NCBI GenBank assembly: GCA_017462795.1
Contig: JAFTQL010000035.1
Span: forward strand, 62,360 to 126,359
Reading direction: 5' to 3'
DNA: 64,000 bases
DNA from: Clostridia bacterium
GTDB lineage: Bacteria; Bacillota; Clostridia; Oscillospirales; CAG-272
A program made the position numbers and the translations under genes. The notes under the pieces are model-generated. The model was not told the DNA's origin, searched no databases, and worked only from the letters and a program-made list of their open reading frames with translations. Of this stretch, positions 17,820-27,580 are shown in pieces (position 1 is the stretch's first letter; every line of letters begins with the position of its first letter).

Positions 17820-20186
17820 TTAATAGGAAGTTATTCTTTCTACCGTATAAGTCGTACTTTCAAGGTTGTAAACACGGCGGTTGTGGGAGAACAGGTCTCT
17901 AATTCCTTCTTTAGAAGCAACTCTCCAGCCTCTCGGGAGCGTCATACAGCCCTCAACTCCCTCGGGTATCTGCACCTTAAGTATTATCTTTTCTCCGTCT
18001 CTCTGCCACTTGACCTCTACTCTGCCCTTTACAGTATCGTAATAAGCCGATGCGTGCGTCAGCTTCTCTATAAAGCTGGGAGCTATGCGGACGTAGCTTG
18101 CGTTATCTCCGTGAGGATTTATCTGAAGTCCCGCAATGTGCGCTATAAAGAAGCCCGTTATATCTCCGTGGAAATGGTGATTGAGTGAGGTATGCACCAT
18201 CTTGTGCGAGGGCAGAAATTTTTCGGCGAATGAGCCAAGCTCATACTTCTCCACCCACATTCCGTATGAGGGGCAATCGGTACGGGTTATCATCTTGTAT
18301 GCAAGCTCCGCGTCACCGTGCTTTGCGAGCACACGGAATATACACCGCAGTCCTATCATTCCGCAGTCGATGTGGTCGTCCATTTCGTGTATCATATCAA
18401 GCAGGACACTATATGCCGTGGCGCTGTCCTTACCCTCAAAGAGTCCGTAGTAAAGAGCCGCCGCCTGCGCTGTCTGACATCCGCCGTATACTACCGCACC
18501 GTCGTCAACCAGGTATCTGTGGAAGGCTGTAAAGAACTCGTCTCCGAGTCTCTTAGCGAAATCCGCCTGCAAGTCAAGTCCGCATTCTCTGAACATAAAC
18601 TCAGCCTTACGGCAGATATTATAGGAAACCGCGGTATCCGTGGTTACATTGGGACAGATATGGTTAGAGCCCGATCGCAGAGCCTGACAGTAGTCACCGA
18701 GACCTATATTTATAGTTCCGTTGTCGCTTCTTCTCTTTGAAAGGTAATTGAGGTAATGCATGAGCATATCTGCGCATTCAAGAAATAGCGTCTTGTCGCC
18801 GCGGTAGATATACACCTGATAGGGTATCTCTATCATGACCTGATCCCAAGCGGGTCCGTTACCCCACTTGAAGCCAGCACCCGACGTTGGGATATATCCG
18901 GGTATCTGACCGCTCGGGCGCTGTACCTCTCTTATCATCTTAAGCCACTGCGCAAGGCTCTTCTCTACGGTAAGCGTCTGGAGCATGTGCTCCGCGGACA
19001 CTGCCGCGTCACCCGTCCAGCCGTTCTTCTCTCTGTGAGGACAGTCCATTGGGAAATACACGAAATTGGCAAGGTCGCTGTTTCTACCGTATCTCATAAG
19101 CTCGTTAGCTATATAGTCCGAGCACTCAAAGTTTCCTCTTTCCTTAAGATCGGAGTTAAGTACAAGAGCTGTGAGAGTATCATCGGTTATCTGCTCGCGG
19201 TCAATTCCTATGACCATATAGTATTTTGCGCCGTGGTAGGTAAACGAGGGAATATATTCCTCTATCTCCTCACCGCCACGACAAATATAGATATCTCTTT
19301 GACAAAAGCCGAATGGATAGAAGCTCTGAAGGTTCTCAAAGGCTATATCTCCCTTTTCGTCCAACCACTCTGCCGCCTGTATAGCGATAACCTGTCCTTC
19401 TCTACCCTTTATGCGAAGGCGAGGAACTGAAGACAAGTTGTCTTTGAACTTAAAGAGGAATCCTCTTTCGTTTTCCGCGGGCTTATAGTATGTGGTATTG
19501 GATATCTCGTAGGTATCGGGGCGAATCATATCGGGCATCTGTATATCCGCAATACCGCACTCCGTTACCTCGTAAGGCTTTAGCTCCTTGGTTATGACTA
19601 TAGGGTCAGTGTTATTGAGCTCATACACTCCGCGGGCGGGGTCGGTAGGTATTGCCGCCGTCCACTCGCTGTCGTCGAAGTCTGGAAGATTCCAACCCTC
19701 AATTTCCTTACGAGCGTCGTAATGCTCTCCACTTCTGAGGTCGTCGAATATGATGGGTGAAGGAGCGCAAACAAAGCTTTCGTCAGCCTCAAACTCCAAC
19801 ACATCCGATTCAAAGTGAAGTGCCACCTTGGGAGACGAGCGGTATTTTGCGTTATGGAAGTTCCATATATATCCGCCTATAGGATTTCCGTTTCCGTTGC
19901 CAAGCCAAAGAGCGATACAGTTTTTACCCTTCCTTAAATATTTGGCGATGTCGTATTCGTAAAAAAATATTATCTCGTCGGGATTTGTGATATTGGGAGC
20001 AAGTCTGCTGCCCGTTATCTCCTCGCCGTTTACATACAGACGGTAGAATCCCGTACAGGTAATCGTAAGCTTCGCATTGGCGGGCATTGCCCCAAGCTCA
20101 AAGCTCCTTCGCATATATGGCGCCGCTACCGGCTTATCATACGTACAGTATTCCGCTGTCGCCTTTATAAATTTTTGCGAAAGCAT
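17820..20186 (-). CDS. GH78 alpha-L-rhamnosidase
   Basis: 788 aa. The N-terminal pattern AKLTITCTGFYRLYVNGEEITGSRLAP and the overall length and architecture are typical of bacterial alpha-L-rhamnosidases. No signal peptide. Confidence 0.8.
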   Translation of the reverse strand: MLSQKFIKATAEYCTYDKPVAAPYMRRSFELGAMPANAKLTITCTGFYRLYVNGEEITGSRLAPNITNPDEIIFFYEYDIAKYLRKGKNCIALWLGNGNGNPIGGYIWNFHNAKYRSSPKVALHFESDVLEFEADESFVCAPSPIIFDDLRSGEHYDARKEIEGWNLPDFDDSEWTAAIPTDPARGVYELNNTDPIVITKELKPYEVTECGIADIQMPDMIRPDTYEISNTTYYKPAENERGFLFKFKDNLSSVPRLRIKGREGQVIAIQAAEWLDEKGDIAFENLQSFYPFGFCQRDIYICRGGEEIEEYIPSFTYHGAKYYMVIGIDREQITDDTLTALVLNSDLKERGNFECSDYIANELMRYGRNSDLANFVYFPMDCPHREKNGWTGDAAVSAEHMLQTLTVEKSLAQWLKMIREVQRPSGQIPGYIPTSGAGFKWGNGPAWDQVMIEIPYQVYIYRGDKTLFLECADMLMHYLNYLSKRRSDNGTINIGLGDYCQALRSGSNHICPNVTTDTAVSYNICRKAEFMFRECGLDLQADFAKRLGDEFFTAFHRYLVDDGAVVYGGCQTAQAAALYYGLFEGKDSATAYSVLLDMIHEMDDHIDCGMIGLRCIFRVLAKHGDAELAYKMITRTDCPSYGMWVEKYELGSFAEKFLPSHKMVHTSLNHHFHGDITGFFIAHIAGLQINPHGDNASYVRIAPSFIEKLTHASAYYDTVKGRVEVKWQRDGEKIILKVQIPEGVEGCMTLPRGWRVASKEGIRDLFSHNRRVYNLESTTYTVERITSY

Positions 20187-20202
20187 GTTTTTTCTCCTTT
20201 GG

Positions 20203-21537
20203 TCACAGGACTATTTCAAATTCGTTTGCGAATTTTGATGACAGCCTGACTGTCCTTTTTATATCTCCCACGGTTATTTCATATTCGCCGAAGAAGCCTT
20301 TGAACTTTGCCTCTCCATCTCCGTCCGTCTCACAATCGGTAACTGTTGTCCACTCATTATGAAACAGATCATGCAGAACGTCGTACGCGGGCTTAGGCTT
20401 TAAATTGAAGTCAAGCAGACCACCGCGAAAATAATTCTCTCCCGCGCTCATGTCTCCGAGAGGAGCGAACGCCGCGTATCCGTCGGGAAGATTCCAATAT
20501 ATCGCCGCCTCAACCGCAGGATGACTGAACCAAATGCGGTAAAGCCTCTCCAATATCTCTGCCTGAAGAGCATAGTCCTCGGCTGTCTCACGGTATGCGG
20601 GAATGGTGATCTCAGTTATCTGAATGGGCTTACCCAGCTTTGCATAGCAATCAAGTATGCGATAGATATTTTTTGGATTATAGAGCGATTTCGCAAACAG
20701 CGCCTCGTCCTCATCCTTCTTGGTAAAGGCGTGGTACTGCATACCAATGCAGTCAATGCGCGCGCCGTTGCGAATCGAACGCTCCACAAGCTGATAATAA
20801 TCACTTCTGTTATAGGAAAACTGCTTTTGCTCAGGCTCCCAGATGTGAGTCGCTTCATTTATTATAAGCTCATTATAGGGGAAATACTTGTGGGCTACCT
20901 CAAAGCTGTCCTCAACAAACCTGTCGCTCTGATAAAACGGAGTCTTATCTCTGTTATTTCTGTCGGTACACAGCATCTCGTTGATGACCTCCCAGCCATG
21001 TATACGCTCAGAATATCTCTCGGCAAGCTCACGGTAGCGGCGGTCTATTCTCCGTTTAAGCGCGGGAATATCAAATTCATCCACCCATCCGGGATCAAAA
21101 TTCACATATGTAAGGCAATGCGCCTTGGGCGTGATATTGTTCTCCTCACAAAATTCAACACACAGATCAACAGGGGGACGGCGGTATATCTTAGGAGAAT
21201 CCTTCGCAAAGCGGGGCTTACCGTCCTCAGGCTCAAGAGTGTTCCAATATATCGGCACTGTAGCCTCATTAAAGCAATCCGCAAACGCATCTCGGTATTT
21301 ACGGTTATATTCGTCGGTATTGAATTCGTCCAACATAAATATATTTGCTCCGTGAAGGAACTCGTGCTTTTTGAGTTTCGCATGTATCTTTACACCCGGT
21401 ACGGCATTTCCCTCTTTGTCCTTTACGATAATATGAGCAAATCCTTTGCGGTAAAGCTCTATTCCGTGCTCCACTCGGTGAGCGGTCTCCTCCTCGTACC
21501 TGAGAAAGTTTTTCATAACGTTATCGCGTCTTGACAT
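20203..21537 (-). CDS. GH10-family glycosidase (xylanase-like), cytoplasmic
   Basis: 444 aa. IYWNTLEPEDGKPRF, an acid/base-like WEVINEM and a nucleophile-like IQITEITIPA. No signal peptide. Confidence 0.7.
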   Translation of the reverse strand: MSRRDNVMKNFLRYEEETAHRVEHGIELYRKGFAHIIVKDKEGNAVPGVKIHAKLKKHEFLHGANIFMLDEFNTDEYNRKYRDAFADCFNEATVPIYWNTLEPEDGKPRFAKDSPKIYRRPPVDLCVEFCEENNITPKAHCLTYVNFDPGWVDEFDIPALKRRIDRRYRELAERYSERIHGWEVINEMLCTDRNNRDKTPFYQSDRFVEDSFEVAHKYFPYNELIINEATHIWEPEQKQFSYNRSDYYQLVERSIRNGARIDCIGMQYHAFTKKDEDEALFAKSLYNPKNIYRILDCYAKLGKPIQITEITIPAYRETAEDYALQAEILERLYRIWFSHPAVEAAIYWNLPDGYAAFAPLGDMSAGENYFRGGLLDFNLKPKPAYDVLHDLFHNEWTTVTDCETDGDGEAKFKGFFGEYEITVGDIKRTVRLSSKFANEFEIVL

Positions 21538-21569
21538 AAATTTTCTCCTTTTTATTTCATTATATCACC

Positions 21570-21598
21570 TTGACACATAAATTAAAATGTGCTATTCT
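21570..21598 (+). promoter_or_regulatory. Candidate promoter of AraC gene 21645
   Basis: TTGACA-17 nt-TATTCT. Confidence 0.45.
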
Positions 21599-21644
21599 AT
21601 AAGAAAGAGGTAAAATTCTCTTAAATTTGCGGGGGTTTTAGTAT

Positions 21645-22403
21645 ATGAACGACAATATTTTTTTGAATTCATTTCAATTCGAGGAGCTGCATTTCCGTAA
21701 CTCACATCACAATGATAAAAGCCACGGACTTCAATATCATTATCTCGTTTTTGTCAAGCAAGGCTCCGGTGTCCTGTATTATAAAAAGCAAAAGATAAAC
21801 ATTCATTATAACGATATGCTTTATTTTCCAAAGGGCTGCAAATACCACTCCGAATGGTACGGCGAAAATATAATATTTGACACTTTTGCTTTTAAATATT
21901 TTCCTACAAATGTTATCGGAAACTTCGATCTGCAAAAAATCCAGTATACCGAGGATATATTCAACACATTCAGACCTCTCACCAAAAATCAAGAAATCAA
22001 CTGCACCACTATCGGTCAGCTCTACACAGTTCTTGGAATGTTAGAGCCTGTATTAAAGATATCCAACACTGCATCAAATGCGGAATACACAGTGGAAAAG
22101 GCGATTCAGATGATGACAAAGGACTTCAGAAAGAGCATGAAAGAATACGCTCTTCTCTGCGGTGTCAGCGAATCCCAATTTTATCTCTATTTTCAATCTG
22201 TTTTAAAAAAGACACCCAACCGCGTAAGGCAGGAGATAGTCTGCCAGCGAGCTATCTCATATCTTACGCTTACAGATCTCACAATTGAGGAAATCTGCGA
22301 CAAGACAGGCTTCAGCTCCGCATCATATTTCAGAAAAGTATTTTTTTCCGTAACAGGTAAGACTCCGTCGCAAGTGCGAAAAGAGCACGCAGGCACAATG
22401 TAA
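21645..22403 (+). CDS. AraC-family transcriptional regulator
   Basis: 252 aa. N-terminal cupin-like sensor half and a C-terminal HTH: CGVSESQFYLYFQSVLKKTPNRVRQE ... TGFSSASYFRKVFFSVTGKTPSQVRK. Confidence 0.8.
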   Translation: MNDNIFLNSFQFEELHFRNSHHNDKSHGLQYHYLVFVKQGSGVLYYKKQKINIHYNDMLYFPKGCKYHSEWYGENIIFDTFAFKYFPTNVIGNFDLQKIQYTEDIFNTFRPLTKNQEINCTTIGQLYTVLGMLEPVLKISNTASNAEYTVEKAIQMMTKDFRKSMKEYALLCGVSESQFYLYFQSVLKKTPNRVRQEIVCQRAISYLTLTDLTIEEICDKTGFSSASYFRKVFFSVTGKTPSQVRKEHAGTM

Positions 22404-22449
22404 TACGAGTATTTAAACAAATTCCAACTCGCAATTTTATTATAACATA

Positions 22450-22478
22450 TTGACAACTGACAACAAAAGTGATATAAT
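22450..22478 (+). promoter_or_regulatory. Consensus sigma-A promoter of AraC gene 22518
   Basis: Perfect TTGACA-17 nt-TATAAT. Confidence 0.7.
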
Positions 22479-22517
22479 GCTGAAAAACAGAACTATTCTC
22501 CTGCGAGGCTATGTAAT

Positions 22518-23315
22518 ATGAATATTTCAAAACATGCGTTATCTTCAATTCAGTGTAACGAATACTCAAAGAAAAAATATTGCGAGGAGGACTACTCCAA
22601 CCTTCCTCGTCCGTTTTTCACCTTTGCTTATGTAACTAAAGGAAAAATCGAATGTGTTACGAGTGATCTTATTGTTGAAGTTGACGTAGGAGAGATTTTT
22701 TTCATTCCATACCACGCGAAGTATAAATTGAGATGGACCGCCCCCGACGGTACTTCCTTCTGCGCTCTTCATTTCAATTGCAAGCAATTCACAGAGCCCT
22801 TCGGTAACAAAACTTTTCTACCGCAAAAGATATCAGGACATCCTGAATACTATGATGATTTCGCATATCTGCGCGATCACATCCATATCACTGAGGACGT
22901 ACTACGTGTATTTTCGGTTCTTTACGGACTTTGCGACAAGCTTTATTCCAATCTTTCACATCAAAGCATTGTTCATATCGACGAGCGGATACAACGCGCG
23001 GTAGACTATCTCAATGAAAATTACCGCTGGCATATCAGCGTAGAGGAGCTTGCGCGGATCTCAAACCTGAGTCCTTCGCGGTTTTATCACCGTTTTAAGG
23101 CGGAGACGGGAATGACTCCCATAGAATACAAAAATGATCTCTGCATAAAATACGCCATCACACAGCTGGTAGGAGATCCACAAAAGTCTATTGAAGAAAT
23201 AAGCGCCGAAAGCGGCTTTGAATCCTCAACCTACTTCCGGCGCGTATTTAAATCAGTTATGAAACGTACTCCGCGTGAGTACCGCAAGGTGGTAAGCAAT
23301 TACGCAATGATGTAG
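22518..23315 (+). CDS. AraC-family transcriptional regulator
   Basis: 265 aa. HTH: SNLSPSRFYHRFKAETGMTPIEYK ... SGFESSTYFRRVFKSVMKRTPREYRK. Confidence 0.8.
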   Translation: MNISKHALSSIQCNEYSKKKYCEEDYSNLPRPFFTFAYVTKGKIECVTSDLIVEVDVGEIFFIPYHAKYKLRWTAPDGTSFCALHFNCKQFTEPFGNKTFLPQKISGHPEYYDDFAYLRDHIHITEDVLRVFSVLYGLCDKLYSNLSHQSIVHIDERIQRAVDYLNENYRWHISVEELARISNLSPSRFYHRFKAETGMTPIEYKNDLCIKYAITQLVGDPQKSIEEISAESGFESSTYFRRVFKSVMKRTPREYRKVVSNYAMM

Positions 23316-23355
23316 CATTTTGCTTATATTTCTTCCACCGTATTATCAAATATTA

Positions 23356-23402
23356 TAAAAACAGGTCTGCCCATTTTTTACATATGAGCAGACCTGTTTT
23401 TG
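23356..23402. terminator. Bidirectional rho-independent terminator between convergent genes
   Basis: AAAAACAGGTCTGC-17 nt-GCAGACCTGTTTTT. A 10-bp stem flanked by an A-run and a T-run. Confidence 0.75.
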
Positions 23403-23404
23403 TT

Positions 23405-24781
23405 TTATGTAGCTGTGCGACCAAGAAAATCCTCATAGTACCGTGCCAGAATTTTTTCAAAATTCGTCATGGCGATCTTCATACCCTCAAGATTAAGATG
23501 ACTTACGTCCGTAGACTTCATGCAATACTGCGCGCGGAAAGCGGAGCTTCGCATATCGATTCCCGAGACTGCAGGGTCACAGGCACGGATAAAATAAACT
23601 CCACGGCGTGTTGCCACCGCTTCCATTGCGTCCGCATAATCAACGTATGTATACAATTTTCCCGTGGCATTGGGGAAATTCCACGAGGAGACACAAACTA
23701 TCATAGCATCGGGATATTTCGCCTGAAGTCCGTCAATAATGACATTCAGCGCGCCTGAATATGTAGCTTCATCATAGCTGTCCGCTGTACCTATGGGAAC
23801 ATTCTGATTGAAATCATTTCTGCCGCCCTCGAGAAGTATTATGTCGGTGTTGGTTTCTGTCATGCTGTCAAATCTGTCGCACATGGGGTTGTATTTTGTA
23901 ACATAATTGGAAACGGTAGAGCCGTTTTTTCCGTAATTGTTCATGTCCATACCGTATTTCTTTGCCATGAGACTCAACCACACATAGTCCTTCTCAAGTC
24001 CGTTACCCTCAAAATAACTGTCCCCCAGCGCGTTTACGGTAACGCCCTCAAGTATTTTGGAATAATAGCTTGCCTTGCTGTCCTCAAACCATTGCTTCAG
24101 CGCCAGCTTACCAAGTGCCGTTCCGGGCTTCCCTGTCACGGCCGCCCTGACCTCGGGATACTCCGCGGGTCGAAAGCCTGATGTTTCTCCCGAACGGTAG
24201 CAAAGACGCAGGCTTTCATTGTTCAGCGTTGTGGTATACGAATACGTGGCAACACCGTTATCAAACGATATAAGGATATCGGACACCACTGTACTTGAGC
24301 CGGCGTAGTTCGCGCTGTCGAGATCGAGCACCCATTGCTCTCCATCCTTTTTCCATGACGAGACCACATATGCGTTGGAGGATGCGTAGCCGTTATCTCC
24401 ACCTGAATTTGTATTGTCGTCCGTAAATGTTATTGTCGTCCCTGCCTTTGGAACTGTAAATACATCGGTATACGAATAGTTACCGCCTCCCGAGCCCGCC
24501 ACAAGCTGATTGGGTTTTGTGCCGTGACTCGACGATGCCACATATCCAAGATTCCATTTCAGACTCAGCGTCTCCGTCTCGTCCTTATCCACAGCGTCTG
24601 TTATCGCATCTGTCACAGCTCCCGAATCCTTGTTAAAATCATCCGTTTGCTGTACGTTCACTTCTGTCTCTGTATCCGTATCGGTATGAGATGGTACTTG
24701 CTCATTGCAGGAAACAATAAGACAACACGATACAAGGACCAACACCGCCATCGCCCGCAAGATATAATCTCTTATTTTCAT
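23405..24781 (-). CDS. Lipoprotein: beta-rich N-terminal domain + SGNH/GDSL esterase domain
   Basis: 458 aa. Lipobox LIVSC|NE. SGNH blocks VNALGDSYFEG, GKNGSTV, LLEGGRNDF and DVSHLNLEGMK. The esterase half is a paralogue of the one in 43818-45590. Confidence 0.75.
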   Translation of the reverse strand: MKIRDYILRAMAVLVLVSCCLIVSCNEQVPSHTDTDTETEVNVQQTDDFNKDSGAVTDAITDAVDKDETETLSLKWNLGYVASSSHGTKPNQLVAGSGGGNYSYTDVFTVPKAGTTITFTDDNTNSGGDNGYASSNAYVVSSWKKDGEQWVLDLDSANYAGSSTVVSDILISFDNGVATYSYTTTLNNESLRLCYRSGETSGFRPAEYPEVRAAVTGKPGTALGKLALKQWFEDSKASYYSKILEGVTVNALGDSYFEGNGLEKDYVWLSLMAKKYGMDMNNYGKNGSTVSNYVTKYNPMCDRFDSMTETNTDIILLEGGRNDFNQNVPIGTADSYDEATYSGALNVIIDGLQAKYPDAMIVCVSSWNFPNATGKLYTYVDYADAMEAVATRRGVYFIRACDPAVSGIDMRSSAFRAQYCMKSTDVSHLNLEGMKIAMTNFEKILARYYEDFLGRTAT

Positions 24782-24818
24782 GATCGCTTACCATCCTAAA
24801 AAACAAACTTTTTTGCCT

Positions 24819-25496
24819 CTATAGCTTTATCACTTCATAAATTTTCGCAGCTGCCTTATTCTCACACTCAAACCCATCAGCGGTCAGGTTATCAAACAGC
24901 CCAATATGGATGGGCACTGTATATTTCGCGTTTACTCTTTTTGCAAATTTTGCCGCGTCGGTCATATTCATATTGTTTCCAACACCATTTACCGGAAGAA
25001 ATACCGCTTCATATTCTATGTCGGGAAGGCTCTCAAAAACCTGCTCACTATAAAGCGTGTCGCCCGTAACATAATAATTTTTGCCCTCGGATCGAATTAT
25101 AACCCCTATCGCATACGGATCGGAATGCTCCGCCTTGACAGCGGTAAAGGTTATTTTATCTTCCGTCCAAGTCGTACCGTTATTGAATAGAACATAATTA
25201 CTGTTCCCACCGAACTTGCGCAGCTCCTGCCAGCCTCCGTTGGGAGCGAGGACAAGACACTTCGCGTCATCAGTAAGATAGTATTTCAGCGTTTCCTTAT
25301 CAAGATGGTCAAGGTGATCGTGTGTGATAACTATAATGTCAGGCTTTATTCTGAGGAAACTTTCATCAACGGGAACTCGTCTGTAATTCTTCGGTTCAAA
25401 GTTCTTCACATTATCGGAAAGATATGGATCAACCATTATTTTTTTATTCTCCGTCTCAAAAAGCAGTCCCGCCTGACCAAGCCATGTTATTTTCAT
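24819..25496 (-). CDS. MBL-fold metallo-hydrolase (possible lactonase)
   Basis: 225 aa. MKITWLGQAGLLFE and the HxHxDH motif ITHDHLDHLD. Paralogue of 53005-53676. Confidence 0.75.
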   Translation of the reverse strand: MKITWLGQAGLLFETENKKIMVDPYLSDNVKNFEPKNYRRVPVDESFLRIKPDIIVITHDHLDHLDKETLKYYLTDDAKCLVLAPNGGWQELRKFGGNSNYVLFNNGTTWTEDKITFTAVKAEHSDPYAIGVIIRSEGKNYYVTGDTLYSEQVFESLPDIEYEAVFLPVNGVGNNMNMTDAAKFAKRVNAKYTVPIHIGLFDNLTADGFECENKAAAKIYEVIKL

Positions 25497-25498
25497 AT

Positions 25499-26278
25499 TT
25501 ATTTCTCCGGAATTATTGGATAGAGCTGAATGGTATTACCGCCATCCACAACAAGCTCCGCTCCCGTGGTGTTTCTCGCGTGAGCGGCGAAGTAGTAGAC
25601 AGCGTCCGCTATGTCCTCTCCGACAGCAACATCACCTATGGGTGTAAATCTCGAAGGTACTTTAGCGTAAAACTCGGGATTCTTTTCCCATCTGTCCGTC
25701 TTTATCATACCGGGAAGCACAGCGTTTACGCGGATGTTATACTTTCCAAGATCAAGCGCCAAGGCTCTCATAAGACCGAGCTGTCCGCCCTTGGACGCCA
25801 CATACGCCACTCTGTCGGGTATGGCTCTGTAGGCGGTGTTGGAGTTTACAAACACTATATTTCCGCCGCCCTGTGTCTTCATTCTTCTCGCGGCATGCTC
25901 GGAAAGACAGAAATTCCATACCACGTTTGTATTGATCACCTTCATAAGGTCGGTAAGAGGGCTCTCAAATATCTTCTGTCCAAGCCCCTGATCCGCGGCG
26001 TTAAGCACGAGAGTATCGGCAAACAGTCCTCTCGCGTCAATGTCCGCAAACATTTTTTCTACGGAATCCTCGTCCACCGTTCTTTCGTCAATCAGAGAAT
26101 CGATGTGATATCCAACTATCTGCACCTCGGGGAATTTCTCTCTGTACGCTCTTTCGGCGGCGTGTACCTTTTCCATGCTTCTTCCCGTAAAGATAACATT
26201 ATATCCCTCAGCCGCGAATTTCTCAACTATTGCCACGCCCGTGTTTATACAAGCGCCTGTTATAAGTACTGTTTTCAT
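25499..26278 (-). CDS. Short-chain dehydrogenase/reductase (SDR)
   Basis: 259 aa. VLITGACINTGVAIV and the catalytic YVASK. Paralogue of 49695-50474. Confidence 0.85.
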   Translation of the reverse strand: MKTVLITGACINTGVAIVEKFAAEGYNVIFTGRSMEKVHAAERAYREKFPEVQIVGYHIDSLIDERTVDEDSVEKMFADIDARGLFADTLVLNAADQGLGQKIFESPLTDLMKVINTNVVWNFCLSEHAARRMKTQGGGNIVFVNSNTAYRAIPDRVAYVASKGGQLGLMRALALDLGKYNIRVNAVLPGMIKTDRWEKNPEFYAKVPSRFTPIGDVAVGEDIADAVYYFAAHARNTTGAELVVDGGNTIQLYPIIPEK

Positions 26279-26419
26279 TTTGTTTTTTATTTTGAGGAAA
26301 ACTTTCTTAAAAGAAAGATTTTCCCCATACCCCTTTCAAAGAACTTGAAAAATATTATTTTGCTTTGTGGTTTTGCTTTCTTTTTGCTTAGCTTTTTCTT
26401 TCGCGAAAGAAAAAGTAAG

Positions 26420-27580
26420 TTAGAAATAGAATGCCGTCTTAGCGGGTCTGATGTCGGTCAGCGCGCCTGTATAATGACGGAGATTGTGCTCAACATATGG
26501 GTGCTTGAGACATTCCTCCTCGTTAAGCTCGATACCAAGACCTGGGCGGTCGCCAATCTTTATGCGTCCATCCTCATAAATGAGATTTTCGTCGGTGATG
26601 TATTTTCTGTACTCAACGTCGCTGTACATTATCTCAAGTATGCAGAAGTTGGGACAGCATGCGGCAAGCTGAAGTGTTGCGGCGTTTGCGATAGGACCTG
26701 AGGGGTTGTGGGGAGCGAAGGGTATGTAATTTGCCTCAGCTCTAGCAGCTATCTTTTTAAGCTCCATAATACCGCCCGCGTGGGATATGTCGGGCTGGAT
26801 GTAGTCGCAGGCTCTGCGGCGGAATAATTCGTTATAATCAAATCTTGTGTAAAGTCTCTCTCCCGCTGATATAGCGACAGGAGATTTTGCTCTTACCGCC
26901 TCAAGCGCTTCAAGGTTATTGGGAGGTACGGGCTCTTCAAGGAACATAGGCTTGAAGGGGGCTACCTCCTGCGCTATCTTGATACCCGTAGGAACATCAA
27001 AGCGTCCGTGAGCTTCGATAAGTAAGTCTACCTTATCTCCAACCGCATCGCGCACTGCGGCGATACAACGAATTGCTTTATCAAGGTCTTGATTGGATAT
27101 TTGCAGATAGTTCTTACCAAAGGGGTCCCATTTCATAGCGGTGACGCCTCTCTTTACTGCCTCTGCCGCCTTCTCTCCGAACTCCTCCGGCTCCTTTGCT
27201 CCCGCAAACCAGCCATTGACATATATACGGCAATCCTCATTTACCTTGCCGCCGAGAAGCTGATATACAGGTACTCCGAGAGACTTTCCGAGTATGTCCC
27301 ACAGAGCCATCTCAACTGCCGACAATGCGGACATAAGCACAGCTCCGCCTCTCCAATAGGCGTCTCTGTAGATATCGTGATAATGCTTTTCTATCTGACG
27401 GGGATCTTTGCCTACCAAATAAGCTTTGATATGCTCCACTGCTCCCACAAGGGCTTTCTCCTTGTATTCAAGTGTTCCCTCTCCTACACCTGTGATACCT
27501 TCATCGGTGTACACCTTTACGAACACCCAGTTGGTACGGAAGCAATCCACTACGAATGTTTTTATGTCGGTTACCTTCAT
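26420..27580 (-). CDS. Enolase-superfamily sugar-acid dehydratase (galactonate/mannonate-dehydratase-like)
   Basis: 386 aa. MKVTDIKTFVV..VFVKVYTDEGITGVGEGT..SAVEMALWDILGKSLGVPVYQLLGGK. Strong AGGAG RBS. Confidence 0.85.
   Translation of the reverse strand: MKVTDIKTFVVDCFRTNWVFVKVYTDEGITGVGEGTLEYKEKALVGAVEHIKAYLVGKDPRQIEKHYHDIYRDAYWRGGAVLMSALSAVEMALWDILGKSLGVPVYQLLGGKVNEDCRIYVNGWFAGAKEPEEFGEKAAEAVKRGVTAMKWDPFGKNYLQISNQDLDKAIRCIAAVRDAVGDKVDLLIEAHGRFDVPTGIKIAQEVAPFKPMFLEEPVPPNNLEALEAVRAKSPVAISAGERLYTRFDYNELFRRRACDYIQPDISHAGGIMELKKIAARAEANYIPFAPHNPSGPIANAATLQLAACCPNFCILEIMYSDVEYRKYITDENLIYEDGRIKIGDRPGLGIELNEEECLKHPYVEHNLRHYTGALTDIRPAKTAFYF

Noticed and set aside
26393-26416. Perfect palindrome CTTTTTCTTTCG|CGAAAGAAAAAG just below the dehydratase stop, as a rho-independent terminator
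   Set aside because: It is AT-rich, has essentially no loop and has no U-tract on the minus strand. The neighbouring TTTTGCTT-type repeats suggest low-complexity sequence. Function is undetermined, so it is not annotated.
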